A stretch of 64,000 bases of DNA from an uncultured Myxococcales bacterium (GTDB lineage Bacteria > Myxococcota_A > UBA9042), in assembly GCA_903929795.1 (NCBI GenBank), contig CAIYWC010000189.1, forward strand, positions 72,474 to 136,473, in the 5' to 3' direction. The notes beneath the pieces were generated by a model that ran no database searches, was not told where the DNA came from, and worked only from the letters and a program-made list of their open reading frames with translations. This document shows, piece by piece, positions 55,801 to 64,000 of this stretch. Within the stretch, counting starts at the first letter, position 1; the number at the start of each line of letters is the position of its first letter. The translations under genes were made by a program, and so were the position numbers.

Positions 55801-55889
55801 GTGTCCGTAGCGCTTTTGGTGCCGCATGCGCTGGTTATCACGCACAAGCCCAGCACGAAAACTCCGCCCATCGCAAAAATTGCACGCAT
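52806..55889 (-). CDS. Large (1027 aa) beta-propeller-domain lipoprotein (hypothetical)
   Basis: ATG 55889 with GGGAGG upstream. MRAIFAMGGVFVLGLCVITSAC|GT lipobox. Repeated beta-strand-rich units. The 339 aa upstream in the ORF were rejected. Confidence 0.75.
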   Translation of the reverse strand: MRAIFAMGGVFVLGLCVITSACGTKSATDTRQSDFTSLKPGSTGSAKSGSAESASPDGSNTATVSIEDSDVVRLDGNKLYVLNAFRGLQAVDVSDPLAPKLLSRVAAQGTPREMYVANSVATVLLSEHYAFTSTSPGQLQSTIGSQVQVVDLATPSAMQTAASIDLPGWVVASRRIDNRLIVVTADVGQTPWWGWCWGPYACMASASNVATGTATGGAVSSIAGPASLWWPWAGYGYGAWAPSGRVSVIDQQDAKNPKLLGSVQFAGGVALAVIQPGEVIVLGSEWQTVGNTSQRVDRTQQIAVAADGSVKIAAADTQTLTGNDIWYAGLRSATALGTGELAVTSSTYQDGTPPTVGVQVLHRKVVGGQWTDLGVWQANAPQGWWDVRFDGSVALVSEGGWEAKSGTAMPTTLHVLDLTAAPTETAAITLPGSTQPVLATSLSQTTPGLWLLSGVQTSATGTAQTTLQMLSLADPKKPQLLGSATVDGGYAWWGAGTEVLPAAGVILAAMQSADGKSLNALKIVSFDAAGKLTPRGTFGSNLVSWWQLRSLAAGSKLWRVGNQALESIDIADLDHPKPLATLELAAQVTALASVSGRVVALVVDWQSNTAQLRTLTQGSTDEQHFDATLTVPEAYGRLSVVGNIVWFIGSQAVRAFDFTDPLQPKARGTWTATAANNQWYDLSSAVQNASVLWMVSYQSLPTYGDADACAVPSTDGASSQPGKPGVDADAAPATDADAIAQADGDSKTDVDAGIPLQNCIVSWQYTTTLTALDLSNPDQPAPKGSVSLPDAAWAWGAQITGDTLWLTHYESAQGADGTWYGKYYLDRVNVADAQTPVLASKVNVPGWIVGFSADGGQAYALDWQPQAGTQPQDGQIQSLLDVLSLEGDKAFLTGQTLLPGSAGAVVVNGAALYVAAWQYTWLAKTATGAAATPQTQLFVLDVSLPDAPTVVAALNPGAPIGAMSLHGKTLLATIGWGAGVQTWQVTTPLAPQFQAFWSVQGQTYDVLETATGLWLPMGWPGILLITQ

Positions 55890-56057
55890 GCCAACCTCCC
55901 TGCGGCAGTCTCCCGCCGGCCAGAACAGGCAAGGTGTCCGCGGCGGCGCTGTGTCACGGAATTGCCACAGAATCCTATGCAATGCACAGTTTGGGTGATT
56001 TCGCGTGTTTGTTGCTACCATGCGCCCGGTCCAGCAGGATGACCACAGGAGAAATCG

Positions 56058-56807
56058 ATGCAACTCTCTGATTTGAAAATTATTGTTACCGGCGCGGGCA
56101 AAGGCATGGGCGCGCATTTTGCAACGCGGCTGTCCCAAGCCGGCGCTCAGGTCTGCGCGGGCGACATCGACGAAGCGGCGATGGAAAAGCACCTGCCGGC
56201 GGGCGTGCACAAACGGCGGCTGGATGTGAGCGTGGAGGCCGATGTCGCCGCATTTGTCCAGTGGGCCAACGGCCAGATGGGCGGGCTGAACGGCCTGATC
56301 AACAACGCCGGCATCATCGCGGACGGGCTGCTGGTCAAGAAGGACCGCGCGACGGGCGAAGTGCTGCGGTTTCCGACCGCCAAGTGGCACGCGCTGCTGG
56401 GCATCAACCTGACCGGCGCGATGTGGATGGTGCGGGAAGTCGTCGGTACGATGGCAGAAACGGACCAGAAGCCGGGCGTGATCGTGAACATGAGTTCGAT
56501 CGCACGACACGGCAACCGAGGCCAGTCCAACTACGTGGCGAGCAAAGCGGCGCTGGCGGCAAATACCGTGACCTGGAGCCGAGAATTCGCGCCTTTTGGC
56601 ATCCGCGTGTGCTGCGTCGCGCCGGGCATGGTCGAGACGCCGATGACCGCGGGCATGAACCAAAAAGCCCTGGAAGCCTTTGTCGCGACGATCCCGGTGG
56701 GCCGGGTTGGACAGCCGGAAGATCTGTGGCTGGCGGTGAAATTCTGCCTGGAATGCGATTATTTCAACGGCAGGACGATCGACGTGGACGGCGGCATCGC
56801 GTTTTGA
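56058..56807 (+). CDS. SDR-family oxidoreductase (3-oxoacyl-ACP reductase-like)
   Basis: TGAGKGMG Rossmann motif, NNAG, and S...YxxxK catalytic triad (SSIARHGNRGQSNYVASKAA). Confidence 0.88.
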   Translation: MQLSDLKIIVTGAGKGMGAHFATRLSQAGAQVCAGDIDEAAMEKHLPAGVHKRRLDVSVEADVAAFVQWANGQMGGLNGLINNAGIIADGLLVKKDRATGEVLRFPTAKWHALLGINLTGAMWMVREVVGTMAETDQKPGVIVNMSSIARHGNRGQSNYVASKAALAANTVTWSREFAPFGIRVCCVAPGMVETPMTAGMNQKALEAFVATIPVGRVGQPEDLWLAVKFCLECDYFNGRTIDVDGGIAF

Positions 56808-57268
56808 TCGTCGCGATCGGAACGCTCCCTTGATTTCGGCGCACCCAGACGGCGACACGCGCTCGTGACACTTCTTGCGCGCTGCTACGAGCAGGTAGGC
56901 CCGCATGACGCGCCGGGCGTGTGCTGACCTGCGACTTCAATCGTCGCAGATCAAACATTTTCACGGCGGTCCGCGGCAGAATCGCCAAACATTCGAATAC
57001 CAAGTCGAGGGCGATGTCGGCGCCTTCGTTCGCGGCGAGGCTTGGCGTACGGCAAGTCGAGGCGAGGACCCACATACCATTGCCGGGCTGCCACGGGGAC
57101 CAGGACTCCCAACGGGCGGCCGAAGGCTGGCCGGGCAGCGAAAGCTGGGTTCCCGGGTGTGGATGGGTGTGTCTGGCGAGTGCCAGCCCCCCTTCGGCGG
57201 GGCGGCAAAAGCTGGGCGGGCGGCCCCGGCGCGAAGGGCATACCAGGTCTTGCCCAAACATCATTGAA

Positions 57269-57288
57269 TACTGAACATGTGTTCAGTA
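57269..57288 (+). promoter_or_regulatory. LexA (SOS) box of the Myxococcus type: TACTGAACATGTGTTCAGTA (core CTGAACATGTGTTCAG)
   Basis: Perfect 20-bp palindrome in an AT-rich patch 12 nt upstream of the imuA ATG. Matches the CTRHAMRYBYGTTCAGS consensus at 16/17 positions. It is the only such site in the window. Confidence 0.7.
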
Positions 57289-57299
57289 TTCTGTAGCAC

Positions 57300-57989
57300 A
57301 TGAAGCCCCTGCCGCATAACTTGTTCTTCGCACATATCAACCGTGTTTCCAGAACGTTGCCTGTTCCCGTCTCCGCCAGAGGCCTTGGTCATCAGCGCCT
57401 GAACTGGCCGGACTTGGTCGGTCGGTTAGTCGAGATCGTCGGCGGTCCACGGTCACTGCGGCTGGCGTGGCTGGCGCAGCTGACAACGCAGGTTCAGGCG
57501 GCGGGCGACATCGCGGTGTGGCTCCAAACTACCGAAAGTACGCCATTTCCTCCTGATTTGCTGCGCGCGGGGATCGCGCTGGATCGCCTGCCGGTGCTAC
57601 GTCTCGCCGACTTTCCGGCGCAGTTGCGGGCAGCGGATGTGCTGCTGCGATCGGGCGCGTTTGGCCTGTGCGCGATCGACGCTACGGCGGCGAGCCAGCG
57701 CGCCTTGGATACCTCGCGGTCGCTGGACAGCGCGCTGGGACGGCTGCTGGGACTGTGCCAAAAGCACGCGTCCGCACTGGTATTTTTGACGCCCGAAACG
57801 CCTAATCTGGCCATTCAGCAAGAAAACGCAGGATTTTTGCAGACTTCGCTGATTTCTCTCCGCCTGACGGCAGCACGCGATCGCGAGGTGTCGCGGCGGG
57901 TGCGGCTGGAGGTGAAAAAAGACAAGCGGCGCGGACCAGCGACGCTGCGGTCGGAAGTCAACGGAGGGCCCGATGGCCTTGAATTCTGA
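57300..57989 (+). CDS. imuA: ImuA-like (SulA/RecA-fold) translesion-synthesis accessory protein
   Basis: Assigned mainly from its position as first gene of the LexA-box/imuB/dnaE2 cassette and its size of about 230 aa. A RecA-like remnant is present. Confidence 0.65.
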   Translation: MKPLPHNLFFAHINRVSRTLPVPVSARGLGHQRLNWPDLVGRLVEIVGGPRSLRLAWLAQLTTQVQAAGDIAVWLQTTESTPFPPDLLRAGIALDRLPVLRLADFPAQLRAADVLLRSGAFGLCAIDATAASQRALDTSRSLDSALGRLLGLCQKHASALVFLTPETPNLAIQQENAGFLQTSLISLRLTAARDREVSRRVRLEVKKDKRRGPATLRSEVNGGPDGLEF

Positions 57990-59550
57990 GGACAAACGTC
58001 TGGCATGCGTCGACATTCCCGCGCTGCCGCTGCAGTGCCTGGTGCGGCGCGAACCGGCGCTGGCGACGCTGCCGGCGGTGATTGTCGACGAGCTGCATCC
58101 GCAAGGGCGGGTGCTGTGGACCAACCGCGCGGCGCGGCTCGCGGGCGTGCGGGCGGGCGCGCGCTACGGTCACGCGCTGAGCCTGTGTGCGCAACTGCGC
58201 GCAGGGCTCGTGCCGGACGCGGAACAACAGGCGGCAATTACTGAAATTGCTGAACTTTTGCGCACCTTTACTCCGCTGGTTGAGCCCGCGCGCCAGGAGC
58301 CAGGCGTGTTCTGGCTGGACGCCAATGGCCTCTCGCGCTTTTATGCCGACTTGCCGCTGCCGGACATCCACGCGCGCTGGAGCGAGGAAATTCGCCAGAA
58401 ATTGCGCGCTGTGGGATGGCACGCCGCAGTGGTGCTGGGTTTTGACCGGTTGGCGACCTACGCGATTGCCCGGCATTTTCACGGCGTGCGGGTGCTCGGC
58501 GATCCGGCACAGGAGGCCCACGCCTGCGCGCGCGTGAAGCTGGCGAGCCTGGGCGCGACCTGGGGCATCGCGCCGAACGTGCGCGATGATCTGGAGCGGC
58601 TGGGCGTCGCGACGTTGGGTGACCTGGCTGCGCTGCCAGAGACCGCGCTGCGCGAGCGCCTGGGGCTGCAGGTCGCGCTGCTGCGGCGGCGGCTGGCGCA
58701 CGACGTGCCGATGCCGCTGGCGCCCGAGCTGCCGCTGCCAGAGCCGGTGGCCGCGCGCGACTTCGAGCCGCCGGATAACAACGCAGAACGCCTGCTGTTT
58801 GCCGCCAAGGGCCTGCTTGGGCAGTTGCTGCCGCTGCTGGTGGCGCGCCGCCAGGCGGTGGCCACGCTGGAGGTGCTGCTGGTGCTCGATCACGCGCCGA
58901 GCCAGCTGCTGCCGCTGCAGCCCGCCGAGCCTACCCTCCAGGAGCCGCAGCTGCTGGATCTGGTGCGCCTGGCGCTCGATCGCACACCGCTCCCGGCGGC
59001 CGTCCAGACGCTGCGCCTCGCACTGCACGGCGTCCCGGCGACGGCGGGGCAACTGGCGCTGTGGCAGCTGCAGGGCCAGCGCGACCCGCAGGCGGCGGCG
59101 CTGGCGCTGGCACGGCTGCGCGCGCTTTTTGGTGAGGACGCGGTAGTGGTGGCGACGCCGCGGTCAGGCTGGCTGCCGGAGGCGCAGTTTACCTGGCAGC
59201 CGCTGCGCAAGTTGTTGATTCACAAGGCGCCCGCCGTGGAGGAACCGGCCAATGTCATCCACCTGCCGCAGCAGCCGCCGGTGCGCATGGTGCGTCGGCT
59301 GCTGAGCCAGCCCGTGCGCCTGCCGCCGCGACCGGCAGATGGTCGGCCGTGGCGTCTCGCGCCGTATTCTCCTGAAACTGTTGTGCATTTTGACGGGCCT
59401 TACCGCCTCGCCGGCGGCTGGTGGCGCACCACCGACCAAACCGACCGCTGCCGCGACTACGGCTACGCCACGACGGACCGCGGCACAGTGCTCTGGGTCT
59501 TTTGCGAACCAGCACGCAACCGCTGGTTCTGCCATGGATTTGTCGAATGA
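57973..59550 (+). CDS. imuB: ImuB, a Y-family DNA polymerase-like protein (catalytically inactive type)
   Basis: N-terminal UmuC-like region LACVDIPALPLQ...LWTNRAARLAGVRAGARYGHALSLCAQL and HhH region LGVATLGDLAALPETAL. Overlaps imuA by 17 nt and dnaE2 by 4 nt. Confidence 0.85.
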   Translation: MALNSEDKRLACVDIPALPLQCLVRREPALATLPAVIVDELHPQGRVLWTNRAARLAGVRAGARYGHALSLCAQLRAGLVPDAEQQAAITEIAELLRTFTPLVEPARQEPGVFWLDANGLSRFYADLPLPDIHARWSEEIRQKLRAVGWHAAVVLGFDRLATYAIARHFHGVRVLGDPAQEAHACARVKLASLGATWGIAPNVRDDLERLGVATLGDLAALPETALRERLGLQVALLRRRLAHDVPMPLAPELPLPEPVAARDFEPPDNNAERLLFAAKGLLGQLLPLLVARRQAVATLEVLLVLDHAPSQLLPLQPAEPTLQEPQLLDLVRLALDRTPLPAAVQTLRLALHGVPATAGQLALWQLQGQRDPQAAALALARLRALFGEDAVVVATPRSGWLPEAQFTWQPLRKLLIHKAPAVEEPANVIHLPQQPPVRMVRRLLSQPVRLPPRPADGRPWRLAPYSPETVVHFDGPYRLAGGWWRTTDQTDRCRDYGYATTDRGTVLWVFCEPARNRWFCHGFVE

Positions 59551-62500
59551 CGCCGCCCTATGTGCCGCTGTGGGTCAAGACGCATTTCAGCTTTCTGGAA
59601 GGCGCCTCGCGGCCAGATGAGCTCGTCGAGCGCGCACATGCGCTGGGCCTGCCGGCGCTGGCGGTGACGGATCGCGACGGCGTGCCGGGCATCGTGCGCG
59701 CGCACGAGGCGGCAAAAGACCTGAATCTGAAACTGCTTTTTGGCTCCCAGCTGACGGTGGCCGACGCGCTGCCCGGGCGGCGACAGAGCACCGCCGCGAC
59801 GCTCCTGACCCCGGAAGACGTGGCGACCGTCCAACCGATGACGCCGGTGCTGCTGGCGATGAACCGCGCGGGTTATGCCAACCTGTGCCGTCTGGCGACG
59901 CTGGGGCGGCGGCGGTGCCAAAAAGGCGTGGCGCTCAACACCTGGCAGGAGCTTGCCGCGCACGCGCAGGGGCTCATCGTGCTGCTGCACCAGCCGCCGG
60001 ACGACCTGCACGCGCCCTGGCTGGCGGACATCGCGGCGGCGTTTGGCGATCGCGCGTATGGGCTGTGCGCGCGCCACGGCGAGGAGGCGGACAAGCCACG
60101 CGAACGGCAACTGCGTAAACTCATGGCCCATTACGGCTGGCGCGGCGTGGCGGGGCGCGAGGTGCTGTACCACGACGCGACGCGGCGGCGGCTGCAGGAC
60201 GTGCTGACCTGCATCCGGCTGGGCCTGACGCTGGACAGCGCGGGCCAGCGCCTCAAGCCGAACGCGGCGCACGACCTGCCGACGCCGATCGACTTTGCAC
60301 AGCTGTTTGCCGACCAGCCCGACTGGCTGCAGCAGACGCTGGAAGTCGCTGATCGCTGTACCTTTTCTCTCAAGGAGCTGCGCTACGTCTACCCGCTGGC
60401 GCGGCTGCCGGATGGAACGACGACGGCGCAGCACTTTGACCGGCTGACCTGGGCGGGCGCGGCGTGGCGCTATCCGCAGGGCGTGCCGGACGACGTCCGC
60501 GCGCAGCTGGCCAAGGAGCTGGCGCTGATCCACCAGCTGGATTACGCCGGCTACTTTTTGACCATGTGGGAGATCGTGCAGTTCTGCAACGCTCAAGGCA
60601 TTCTTTGTCAAGGCCGTGGATCGGCTGCGAATTCCACGGTCTGCTATGTGCTGGGCATCACGGCGATCGATCCTGTCCGGATGGGCCTGCTGTTTGAGCG
60701 CTTCTTGTCGCTGGAGCGCGCAGAGCCGCCAGACATCGATCTGGACATCGAGCATGAGCGGCGCGAGGAGGTGATCCAGCACGTCTACGGCCGCTACGAT
60801 CCGCTGCATCCGGCGGCCAAAAATGCCGACGATCCGGCAGCTTGTGTGCAAACCGGGCGGAGTCACGCGGCAATGGTCTGCAACGTCATCCGCTTTCGCG
60901 GCAAGTCGGCGCTGCGCGAGGTCGGCAAGGTGCTGGGCATTCCGGAGACGGATTTGGACCGCGCGTCGCGCTTTGTCTCGTCGTGGGGCGAGGACATCGA
61001 CGCGGCGCAACTGCAAACGGCGGGGTTTGCCCTGGAGTCGCAGTCGCACCGGCTCCTGCTGGAGTTTGCCAATGCAATTCAGGACTTTCCGCGGCATCTG
61101 GGCATCCATCCCGGCGGTTTTCTCTTGGGCCACGAGCCGATCGACACCCTGGTGCCGATTGAAAACGCCACGATGGAGGCGCGCACGGTCATCCAGTGGG
61201 ACAAAAATGACGTGGAGGCGCTGGGGCTGTTCAAGGTCGACCTCCTGGGCCTGGGGATGCTGAGCCAGGTGCACCGCTGTCTGGATTTACTCAAGCTCAC
61301 CAAGGGGTTGACGCTGACGATGGCGACCGTTCCGGCGGAGGACCCGGCGACGTACCAGATGATCAGCCGCGGCGACACGGTCGGCGTGTTCCAAATCGAG
61401 AGCCGCGCGCAGATGGCGATGCTGCCGCGCCTGCAGCCGCGGACGTTCTACGACCTGGTGGTGGAGGTGGCGATCGTGCGCCCGGGGCCGATTACCGGCG
61501 GCATGGTGCATCCGTACCTGCGGCGGCGCCAGGGCAAGGAACCTGTTGAATATCCGCACGAATGCCTGCGACCGGTGCTGGCCAAGACGCTCGGTGTGCC
61601 GCTGTTTCAGGAGCAGGTTATGCGGCTGGCGATGGTCGCCGCGGACTACACGCCGGGCGAGGCGGACCAGCTGCGGCGCGACATGGCGGCGTGGAAGCGG
61701 TCGGGCGCGATGGAAAAGCACCACGAGAAGCTGACGACGCGGATGGTGCAAAAGGGCATCGCACTGGAGTTTGCCGAGCGAGTTTTCCAGCAAATTCGCG
61801 GCTTTGGCGAGTACGGTTTTCCGGAAAGCCACGCCGCGTCGTTCGCGCTGATCTCCTACGTGACGGCGTGGCTGAAGTGCCACCACCCGGCGGAATTCAC
61901 CTGCGCGCTGCTCAATGCCTGGCCGATGGGCTTCTATTCGCCCGCAACGCTGGTCGAGGACGCCAAGCGCCACGGGCTCCGCATTTTGCCGATCGACGTC
62001 CAGCGTTCGACCTGGGAATGCGCAATGGAGCGCGGCGCGGTGCGGATGGGCGTGAAATTCGTACATGGTCTCAGCGTATTGCACCGCGCGCGACTGGAGA
62101 TGGCGCCGCCGCCATACCTCAACCTGGACGACTTTGTGCGGCGCACGCGGCTGGACAAGCGGGCGCTCGACGCGCTGGCCGAGGTAGGCGCGCTGGACAG
62201 CCTGAGCGTGGACCGGCGTCAGGCGCTGTGGCAGGTCCGCGCGCTGGCGCATCGCACGCGCGAGCCGCTGCTGTTGCCGCAGGATGAGACACTGCCGCTG
62301 TTTGCCGCGCTGGGTCTGGGCGGCACGATCGGCTGGGATTATCGCCGCAGCGGGCTGTCGACCCGCGGCCACCCACTGACGCCGCTGCGACCCGCGCTCG
62401 CGGAACGACGCCTGCCAACCGCCTGCGAAATCAACCAGATGCGCGGCGGCAAGCGCGTGCGATTTGTCGGCCTGGTGATCTGCCGTCAGAGCCCGGGAAC

Positions 62501-62732
62501 CGCAAGCGGCGTGACGTTTTTCACGCTTGAGGACGAGACCGGGTTTTGCAATCTGGTGGTCTGGAAGGACATCATGGCGCGTTTCCGCGTTATCGCCCGT
62601 ACCGCGCAACTGCTCGGCGTCACGGGCAAAATCCAAGCCGAAGACGGCGTGGTCCACCTGATCGCCGAGACGCTCTGGACGCCCGAACTCAGCCAGCCGG
62701 TGCCACTGCCCGCAAGTCGGGATTTTCATTAG
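59547..62732 (+). CDS. dnaE2: Error-prone DNA polymerase III alpha paralogue DnaE2 (ImuC)
   Basis: PHP domain start YVPLWVKTHFSFLEGAS, the pol III alpha catalytic region, and an OB-fold C-terminus. 1061 aa. Confidence 0.92.
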   Translation: MTPPYVPLWVKTHFSFLEGASRPDELVERAHALGLPALAVTDRDGVPGIVRAHEAAKDLNLKLLFGSQLTVADALPGRRQSTAATLLTPEDVATVQPMTPVLLAMNRAGYANLCRLATLGRRRCQKGVALNTWQELAAHAQGLIVLLHQPPDDLHAPWLADIAAAFGDRAYGLCARHGEEADKPRERQLRKLMAHYGWRGVAGREVLYHDATRRRLQDVLTCIRLGLTLDSAGQRLKPNAAHDLPTPIDFAQLFADQPDWLQQTLEVADRCTFSLKELRYVYPLARLPDGTTTAQHFDRLTWAGAAWRYPQGVPDDVRAQLAKELALIHQLDYAGYFLTMWEIVQFCNAQGILCQGRGSAANSTVCYVLGITAIDPVRMGLLFERFLSLERAEPPDIDLDIEHERREEVIQHVYGRYDPLHPAAKNADDPAACVQTGRSHAAMVCNVIRFRGKSALREVGKVLGIPETDLDRASRFVSSWGEDIDAAQLQTAGFALESQSHRLLLEFANAIQDFPRHLGIHPGGFLLGHEPIDTLVPIENATMEARTVIQWDKNDVEALGLFKVDLLGLGMLSQVHRCLDLLKLTKGLTLTMATVPAEDPATYQMISRGDTVGVFQIESRAQMAMLPRLQPRTFYDLVVEVAIVRPGPITGGMVHPYLRRRQGKEPVEYPHECLRPVLAKTLGVPLFQEQVMRLAMVAADYTPGEADQLRRDMAAWKRSGAMEKHHEKLTTRMVQKGIALEFAERVFQQIRGFGEYGFPESHAASFALISYVTAWLKCHHPAEFTCALLNAWPMGFYSPATLVEDAKRHGLRILPIDVQRSTWECAMERGAVRMGVKFVHGLSVLHRARLEMAPPPYLNLDDFVRRTRLDKRALDALAEVGALDSLSVDRRQALWQVRALAHRTREPLLLPQDETLPLFAALGLGGTIGWDYRRSGLSTRGHPLTPLRPALAERRLPTACEINQMRGGKRVRFVGLVICRQSPGTASGVTFFTLEDETGFCNLVVWKDIMARFRVIARTAQLLGVTGKIQAEDGVVHLIAETLWTPELSQPVPLPASRDFH

Positions 62733-62865
62733 GCTCGACTCCGGCTACCGATTTGGGATGCAGTGCAAGGCGGAGCGAGGCGATGGCGCGAAGGCGACCT
62801 TACGATCACTGACTGCCGCAGCCCAAGCTAATCCGCTCCAAGAATTCGCGGGCCTGGGCCTTGCC

Positions 62866-62941
62866 GGTCGGGGAGACAGGATTCGAACCTGCGACATCCT
62901 GCTCCCAAAGCAGGCGCGCTACCGGACTGCGCTACTCCCCG
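62866..62941 (-). tRNA. tRNA-Pro (anticodon UGG)
   Basis: Reverse complement reads CGGGGAG-TA-GCGC-AGTCCGGTA-GCGC-G-CCTGC-TTTGGGA-GCAGG-...GGTTCGAATCC...-CTCCCCG-ACC. It has a 7-bp acceptor stem, D and T arms, and anticodon-loop TTTGGGA giving UGG. CCA is not encoded. Confidence 0.85.
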
Positions 62942-63054
62942 AATTTGCCTCGCCAAGCAAGGGCGCGAAGCATGGCCGACACCGGGGGCCAGCGTCAAGC
63001 GAAACCGCCGCTGACACGCAGCATGCGCGCGACAGCGGCGGCGTCGCGGCTTCC

Positions 63055-64000
63055 CTACAGACCCGTGCGGCCCAGCTCGTTGTGGAGGCCCGTCAACGCC
63101 GGCGGATACACGCCGTTGGACACTTCCAGCGTATAAGGCGCACACACGGTGGCGTTGGTACCCGCCGCCCGGTAGATGTGGATGGCGTACCAAGCGCTGT
63201 CATCCTGGCAGCGGTGGAGGTCGTAGCCGCCCGGGAACGGTCCATGGGCGGCATAGCCAACACCCGCAGGCGTCGCACCGGCCAGCCAGCCTTGGGCGAC
63301 CCACTCCAGGCCGCCCGTCGGGTAGGCACCCGTGTAGGTGGTGCCGTAGGAGCCCGCACCGGCGGCCGACTGGAAGTCCGTGGTGTCGAACGTGTCGCCT
63401 ACGCCGCCATTGCATCCCCACTCACCATACTCGCTGTTGACGTTGCTCGGCTGGTTGGTCGGCGACCCCGGAACCCGGCGGTTGGAGGTATACGACGTGT
63501 ACCACATGAACTCCGAGTCGCCGCAGCAAACCGCATTAAAGCCCGTCGGTTGCGACGACGACGGCGTGCTGTAACCGTTCGGCACTGCGCCCAAGGGCGA
63601 CCAGTTGGGCTTGCCCGCAGCCGCCGTTTGTCCCGCGCCGCCAAGCGTAAGGGCACCCGGGTTCGCGGTGTTCTGGTACTGCACCACCGAGGCCGGCGTT
63701 GTGCCTGGGCACAAGTTGGCTGTGCTCGAGCCGCGGTAGACCTCCATCACAGCGCCAGTCGGATTGGACGGGAAGAAGGCGCGAATCGTGTACAGGTCGT
63801 TGCTGTTGTTCACGCCAACGTCGGCCGCATCCGCGCCGTAGAAGTAGAACCAATCGTGATCCGTGCCGAGAATCAGCGAGCCCGAAATCGTCACCTTCTG
63901 CCCTGTGTTGCCCAAGCCAAGGCCCGAGGTGCCAATGTCGGTCAGCGTGTTGTTGAGGTTGAGGGTGCCCGGGATGAGCGGTACGCCAGGGCACGTGTTG
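63055..64000 (-). CDS. Hypothetical secreted Gly/Thr/Tyr-rich protein, C-terminal part only (N-terminus beyond the window end)
   Basis: The open frame continues to position 64000. Composition is like the other exported proteins here. No domain recognised. Confidence 0.5.
   Translation of the reverse strand, partial: NTCPGVPLIPGTLNLNNTLTDIGTSGLGLGNTGQKVTISGSLILGTDHDWFYFYGADAADVGVNNSNDLYTIRAFFPSNPTGAVMEVYRGSSTANLCPGTTPASVVQYQNTANPGALTLGGAGQTAAAGKPNWSPLGAVPNGYSTPSSSQPTGFNAVCCGDSEFMWYTSYTSNRRVPGSPTNQPSNVNSEYGEWGCNGGVGDTFDTTDFQSAAGAGSYGTTYTGAYPTGGLEWVAQGWLAGATPAGVGYAAHGPFPGGYDLHRCQDDSAWYAIHIYRAAGTNATVCAPYTLEVSNGVYPPALTGLHNELGRTGL

Noticed and set aside
52806-56906. 1366-aa version of the beta-propeller lipoprotein
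   Set aside because: The first 339 aa have no signal peptide and overlap the SDR gene antisense. An internal Met at 55889 has a strong RBS and a lipobox.
56905-57340. ORFs 56905..57267 (+), 56921..57274 (+), 56951..57340 (-) in the imuA upstream spacer
   Set aside because: No RBS or start context, Pro/Arg/Gly-rich, mutually overlapping. Treated as non-coding.
1-64000. CRISPR arrays, rRNA genes, integrase or recombinase near tRNA-Pro
   Set aside because: No regularly spaced short repeats, no rRNA-like sequence and no tyrosine or serine recombinase ORF were found on reading both strands.

Overview
This 64-kb window has very high GC (about 70%) and appears to come from a myxobacterium. I infer that from a MYXO-CTERM sorting tail, Myxococcus cysteine-rich repeats, a Myxococcus-type LexA box (CTGAACATGTGTTCAG), a FrzS/AglZ-like pseudo-receiver protein and the density of lipoproteins; it is not a database hit. 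Gene density is high, with many overlapping start/stop codons.

Housekeeping genes:
- ffh (partial, at the window start)
- panD
- folE
- gatC, gatA and gatB, with a phosphomannomutase upstream
- manC

Notable features:
- An intact ISAs1-family insertion sequence with 18-bp inverted repeats and a 10-bp target-site duplication.
- An FetAB-like ABC exporter.
- A heavy-metal RND efflux operon (outer-membrane factor, membrane-fusion protein and CzcA/CusA pump) with its OmpR-type regulator and histidine kinase, plus a DUF3516-type helicase.
- An msrB-msrC pair.
- A LexA-box-controlled imuA-imuB-dnaE2 mutagenesis cassette ending at a tRNA-Pro(UGG).
- Several very large exported lipoproteins: a 1239-aa Cys-repeat/RCC1 propeller protein, a 1629-aa metzincin, a 1027-aa beta-propeller protein and a GH92 mannosidase.
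- A roughly 230-bp structured repeat found twice, each copy 16 nt after a plus-strand stop codon in a convergent intergenic gap, one followed by a 62-bp tandem repeat.

Most of the antisense and offset ORFs in the supplied track are high-GC shadow ORFs and were rejected. All coordinates were cross-checked by codon arithmetic against the ORF track. No CRISPR array or rRNA was seen.
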